A stretch of 40,514 bases of DNA. Origin: a virus. Its lineage: Duplodnaviria; Heunggongvirae; Uroviricota; Caudoviricetes. Where the stretch lies: IMG/VR virus record IMGVR_UViG_2529292831_000017, positions 1 to 40,514 of that record, one strand, 5' to 3'. The notes beneath the pieces were generated by a model, which was given only the letters and a program-made list of their open reading frames with translations, was not told where the DNA came from and made no database searches. This document shows, one piece after another, positions 36,641-40,514 of this stretch (within the stretch, counting starts at the first letter, position 1; each line of letters opens with the position of its first letter). The position numbers and the translations under genes are program-made.

Positions 36641-36659
36641 TCATGAAGGAGCGGCCACA

Positions 36660-37856
36660 GTGGCACGGACAACACGCCCCCTGACCAACACCGAAGTTCT
36701 GCGCGCTAAAGCGATGGAGAAGGATCTAACGCTGCATGATGGCGATGGCCTTTTCCTAATAGTGAAAACCAGCGGGAAAAAGCTCTGGCGCTTCCGTTAT
36801 CAACGTCCAGTGACAAAACAGCGGACAATGATGGGACTAGGTGCTTTCCCCGCTCTTTCACTTGCTGACGCCCGAGGGTTAAGAGCAGATTACCTTGCCT
36901 TGTTAGCCAACGGAATTGACCCACAAATTCAGGCCGAAGTTGCAAAGGAACAGCAGCAAATCGCTCTGGACAGTATTTTTTCAACGGTTGCCGCTAACTG
37001 GTTCCAGCTCAAAAGTAAAAGCGTTACCCCTGATTACGCAAAAGACATTTGGCGTTCACTGGAGAAAGATGTATTCCCTGTCATTGGTGAGATCCCCGTT
37101 CAGCAAATCAAAGCACGAACTTTGGTTGAAGCCCTTGAGCCAATCAAAGCTCGTGGGGCGCTTGAGACTGTACGTCGACTTGTGCAGCGCATCAACGAGA
37201 TAATGATTTATGCCGTAAACACTGGTCTGATTGATGCCAATCCAGCATCAGGTATTGGAATGGCCTTTGAGAAGCCCAAAAAACAAAACATGCCGACGCT
37301 GCGGCCAGAAGAATTGCCGAAGCTGATGCGTTCTTTGGTTATGTCTAATCTGTCTGTTCCGACGCGTTGTCTTATTGAGTGGCAACTTCTCACGCTTGTG
37401 CGCCCTTCTGAAGCATCCGGCACTCGATGGGCAGAAATCGATCTCGATGCCAAGCTCTGGACGATCCCAGCCGAACGGATGAAGGCCAAGCGTGAACATA
37501 TTGTTCCTCTATCTCCTCAGGCATTAGAGATTCTGGAAGTAATGAGGCCAATCAGTGCTCACCGTGAGCATGTTTTTCCAAGCAGAAATGATCCAAAGCA
37601 AGCGATGAATAGTCAGACTGCAAATGCCGCGTTAAAACGAATTGGATATGGAGGTAAATTAGTAGCTCATGGTTTGCGCTCAATAGCGAGTACTGCTATG
37701 AATGAAGCTGGTTTTAATTCAGATGTGATTGAAGCAGCACTCGCTCATAGTGATAAAAATGAAGTGCGAAAAGCTTATAATCGCGCGACATATATCAATG
37801 CTAGAAAAGAAATTATGAATTGGTGGGGAAATTGCATCAATAAAAGTAAGATCTAA
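36660..37856 (+). CDS. P4-type tyrosine integrase (CP4-57 IntA-like)
   Basis: 398 aa, GTG start with SD AAGGAG; N-terminal arm-binding-type domain plus catalytic region (HGLRSIAST...LAHSD...VRKAYNRATY); P4-family integrases typically target ssrA and tRNA genes. Confidence 0.9.
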   Translation: MARTTRPLTNTEVLRAKAMEKDLTLHDGDGLFLIVKTSGKKLWRFRYQRPVTKQRTMMGLGAFPALSLADARGLRADYLALLANGIDPQIQAEVAKEQQQIALDSIFSTVAANWFQLKSKSVTPDYAKDIWRSLEKDVFPVIGEIPVQQIKARTLVEALEPIKARGALETVRRLVQRINEIMIYAVNTGLIDANPASGIGMAFEKPKKQNMPTLRPEELPKLMRSLVMSNLSVPTRCLIEWQLLTLVRPSEASGTRWAEIDLDAKLWTIPAERMKAKREHIVPLSPQALEILEVMRPISAHREHVFPSRNDPKQAMNSQTANAALKRIGYGGKLVAHGLRSIASTAMNEAGFNSDVIEAALAHSDKNEVRKAYNRATYINARKEIMNWWGNCINKSKI

Positions 37857-37878
37857 AATTAGATCTTACTTTCATCAA

Positions 37879-38787
37879 TTAGATCATGGTTGCTATGCGT
37901 TCTTTTAAATAACCAAATTGCGTGTAGCCTTCATTCTTTTTAATTAAACTTGCTATTTGAGACTCGTTATAGCTACCTTCAAATCCATAAAGACAGAGCT
38001 CATCATTCCCACTGTAACAAAACTGACATTTATCTACCTCATCATGCAGACATTTTGTTTTCAACCCTTTAATTTCACCAATTAACATTCGGCAGAATTC
38101 GCCAATTAACCACTTACCTTTACATATATTAAGTAAACCTGCTAAGTCTTTGCTTACCCCCATCTGAATAGCAAATTCATCAAGTTCTTTTTCTCGCTCA
38201 ACAATTTTTTCAAAAGCGCCTATATTTTTCAAGTGTTGAACGCTCATCTTATATGATGCTAGAGATTCATAATCTTTCACGCAAGCTTTTTTCAAGCACT
38301 CTAAAGACATATAATACAACGACATTAGAGCCTCTGCTAAATTTTCATAGAGCATCTCAATTAACTCACTGGTTAGCAATTTTGGCTGTATTCTTGTACA
38401 TTGTTCAATAACACATTTTATTGCCTGCCGTGTGATAAAATGGCTTTCCATCGAGTACCATCTCAGCACAAAAACGGCTGAATTATTAACAACTTCACCT
38501 CGGTAGTAGCGAGCATCTCGATCTATAATGCCTAAAATGTAGTGCCCTAAATCCCCCTCATACTCAAGTTCAAGTAATGCCTCAATAAAGTCAATTACAC
38601 CTCTATTACCTTCACTCATATCCTTGAAATTCTGAACAGCAACCACCTCGAAATATTTATCAAGCTGTTGACAAATGCCTTCATAAATTGAAATGTCATC
38701 GACGCCTTCAACGACTAACATTGGCGTTTCAGACATAATTGCCTCATTCAATATTTCATCATACTCCATACTCAGCCAATCGTTCAT
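37879..38787 (-). CDS. ariB: TOPRIM/DUF4435-like nuclease, PARIS AriB-like (302 aa)
   Basis: N-terminal LVVEGVDD glutamate motif and ILGIIDRDARYY DxD motif; AT-rich; 4-bp overlap with the upstream ATPase gene. Confidence 0.55.
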   Translation of the reverse strand: MNDWLSMEYDEILNEAIMSETPMLVVEGVDDISIYEGICQQLDKYFEVVAVQNFKDMSEGNRGVIDFIEALLELEYEGDLGHYILGIIDRDARYYRGEVVNNSAVFVLRWYSMESHFITRQAIKCVIEQCTRIQPKLLTSELIEMLYENLAEALMSLYYMSLECLKKACVKDYESLASYKMSVQHLKNIGAFEKIVEREKELDEFAIQMGVSKDLAGLLNICKGKWLIGEFCRMLIGEIKGLKTKCLHDEVDKCQFCYSGNDELCLYGFEGSYNESQIASLIKKNEGYTQFGYLKERIATMI

Positions 38788-40079
38788 TTCGAATTATTCT
38801 CAATTTTAACCGGTGCAAGTTTAACCAGACTGTTGGGTGACTTCTTAGATATGATAGGGCTATGAGAGGCCACGATTATTTGTGTTTCTGGCACTAATTC
38901 CTGTAGAAGACTCAGCAATGTACGTTGCCATTTGATATTAAGAGAAATTTCTGGCTCATCAATAAGTAGAATATCTCTTCCACGACCTGCAATTATAACT
39001 ATTGATAGAAAGGTAAGAATATGCCTTTCACCACTTGATAATGCTCCGATGGATAAATGAGAGTCTTCAGTTTCAACATATATCTCATGCTTATTAATAA
39101 TTAACTTTTTATCTCCAACCAAGAAGGAGTTAAAGACATCAACCAAGATGTTAATGGAACTTAAAAGTTGTTTCTCAACCTTTAATTCACGAGTCATATT
39201 CATGACTAACTTTCTCAACAGTTGGTTTTCAAGTATTTTATTAACATCAGATTCACTTTGTATTGATGATAAAATATTAACAACATGATTTTTAAAATTA
39301 TTCTCAAAACCATCATCCAACGCTTCAATAATCCTCTCTTTATTTTTATATACATCACTCTCAAAATTCGAAGGCATCACGATATCTTCAGAAGTTTTCT
39401 TTGCATCCACTGCTATGGCCAACGTATCAAACAACGCATTTTGAATTCTTTCAGTAGCTATATTCCTTGCTAATAGATAACGTTCAACAAGCATATTCTC
39501 GATATTACTCATTTTTATATTTTGAAGAAAAACATGTTTTGCATCTAAATCCATATCATCTTTTTTATTTCTCCTCCTGTTGTTTTGATATCTCTTTAGA
39601 AACATTGCCATCCTTTCACTAAACAAATGAATATCTGTCTTCGCAAATAAAGAGCGATATTCTGGATGACCAAGAAATCTCAAAATATCCACTGGTTCAA
39701 CTTTCAATGACTCTGATGTTACGCCCCTCTCCACACCAAGAGATAATGATGTACAATCAGCTAATTCAGAATCGACAAGATCGCTCCAGTCGTATGAGTC
39801 TTTAATAATCCCCTCTTCTCCCTCCTCTTGAATCTGTCTTACTGGTACAAACTCTCTTTCTCCATTATTTTTCTCATAATAGATTTCAACATACATTACA
39901 TTTTCGCTTGCAAGCGACTCATCATCACGTTTAAGGATAGAATGTATTAATTTCAAAAATGTAGTTTTACCGCAACCATTATCACCATAAATAACAGATA
40001 TGTCACCATCAGCAAATTCAACATAAGCTGCTCTGTTAATTGATTGGAAGCCTGCAATGTATATAGATAATAGCTTCAT
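38784..40079 (-). CDS. ariA: ABC-type ATPase, PARIS AriA-like (431 aa)
   Basis: Walker A GDNGCGKTT, ABC signature LSSGERHIL, Walker B ILLIDEPE, H-loop ASHSP; AT-rich. Confidence 0.6.
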   Translation of the reverse strand: MKLLSIYIAGFQSINRAAYVEFADGDISVIYGDNGCGKTTFLKLIHSILKRDDESLASENVMYVEIYYEKNNGEREFVPVRQIQEEGEEGIIKDSYDWSDLVDSELADCTSLSLGVERGVTSESLKVEPVDILRFLGHPEYRSLFAKTDIHLFSERMAMFLKRYQNNRRRNKKDDMDLDAKHVFLQNIKMSNIENMLVERYLLARNIATERIQNALFDTLAIAVDAKKTSEDIVMPSNFESDVYKNKERIIEALDDGFENNFKNHVVNILSSIQSESDVNKILENQLLRKLVMNMTRELKVEKQLLSSINILVDVFNSFLVGDKKLIINKHEIYVETEDSHLSIGALSSGERHILTFLSIVIIAGRGRDILLIDEPEISLNIKWQRTLLSLLQELVPETQIIVASHSPIISKKSPNSLVKLAPVKIENNSK

Positions 40080-40244
40080 TACATCTCCATTATTGCATCA
40101 AGGGTTTAGTTTTAAGAAAATGCCCGAGAAGTTTATTACAACTAACCATATGATTCTACAACCATAAAGACTTTAACTTTTTTCTCATCAATCACAAGTC
40201 CTTGAAGTGAAAATTTATAATTATAAATTCTTTGCCTACGCGCA

Positions 40245-40263
40245 GTGCTTTCCCCGCCTCGCC
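40245..40263. other. P2/P4-type cos site
   Basis: Reverse complement is GGCGAGGCGGGGAAAGCAC, matching (from recollection) the 19-nt P2/P4 cohesive end, in a GC-rich non-coding stretch. Confidence 0.6.
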
Positions 40264-40514
40264 CGCCCGCTTTGCGGGGCGGTTTCAATGCAGTTGCACT
40301 GACACGCTCAGGCCGCGCCGGGAATGGCGCGGTCTGCAGAAAATGAGGCAGGAAAACGCATGCAAAGCCATGCACCTTATCGATGCATGGCTTTTTTCAG
40401 TAAAAACGGGCGGATTTTCGGGGAATTTTACACAGACTGATGTGATGCCAGTTGCGCACTTTTACGCGAAAAAATCATGTTCTGCGCAGGAGTGAATTTT
40501 TCACGGCTGTCATC

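Larger units (their letters stand above)
36431..40514. mobile_element. P4-like satellite/integrative element (5' part; continues beyond the window)
   Basis: P4/CP4-57-type integrase directly after the ssrA repeat, AT-rich cargo pair, then a P2/P4-type cos sequence. Confidence 0.7.

Noticed and set aside
37879-40079. Gabija or Septu as the identity of the ATPase plus nuclease pair
   Set aside because: Gabija has ATPase and TOPRIM fused in one larger protein plus a helicase, and Septu pairs the ATPase with an HNH nuclease; here the ATPase and a TOPRIM-like protein are separate, which fits PARIS better.
40142-40495. ORFs 40142-40375 (-) and 40232-40495 (+) at the window end
   Set aside because: They cover the P2/P4-type cos and GC-rich flanking non-coding DNA; the translations are low-complexity.
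1-40514. CRISPR arrays, IS elements or transposases
   Set aside because: No regularly spaced short repeats with spacers and no transposase-like ORFs or terminal inverted repeats were seen; mobility here is by tyrosine integrases.

Overview
This window is an enterobacterial smpB-ssrA locus (SmpB reads as E. coli-type) carrying two mobile elements integrated in tandem at the 3' end of the tmRNA gene. The first is a complete P2/186-like prophage of about 35.4 kb, bounded by 48-bp direct repeats of the ssrA 3' end (1016-1063 and 36431-36478). Its late genes follow P2 order (ogr, D-U-T-E/E'-FII-FI, G-H-I-J-W-V, S-R-lysis-X-L-M-N-O, divergent P-Q), followed by a 186-type cos, a LexA-controlled dinI/tum-like operon, replication gene A, dam, a TraR/DksA zinc finger, and the 186-style cII-apl / cI-int switch. 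The second element begins after attR: a P4-type integrase, an AT-rich ATPase plus TOPRIM-like gene pair that looks like PARIS (AriA/AriB), and a P2/P4-type cos, then runs off the window. The prophage carries AT-rich accessory cargo (about 30-42% GC by eye, against roughly 55% for the backbone) at four positions. The best candidate for an undescribed system is a two-gene cassette between int and attR: a 403-aa protein with RES-domain-like motifs plus a 317-aa protein with an Rx4H (HEPN-like) motif, flanked by 29-bp imperfect direct repeats. The other cargo loci are a KAP-like P-loop NTPase between cos and Q, a membrane-anchored protein between the SOS operon and cos, a lone Rx4H protein between S and V, and a small WYL-like/BRCT-like protein between attL and ogr. 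All domain calls rest on motifs read by eye from the translations; no database search or computation was run, and GC values are visual estimates.
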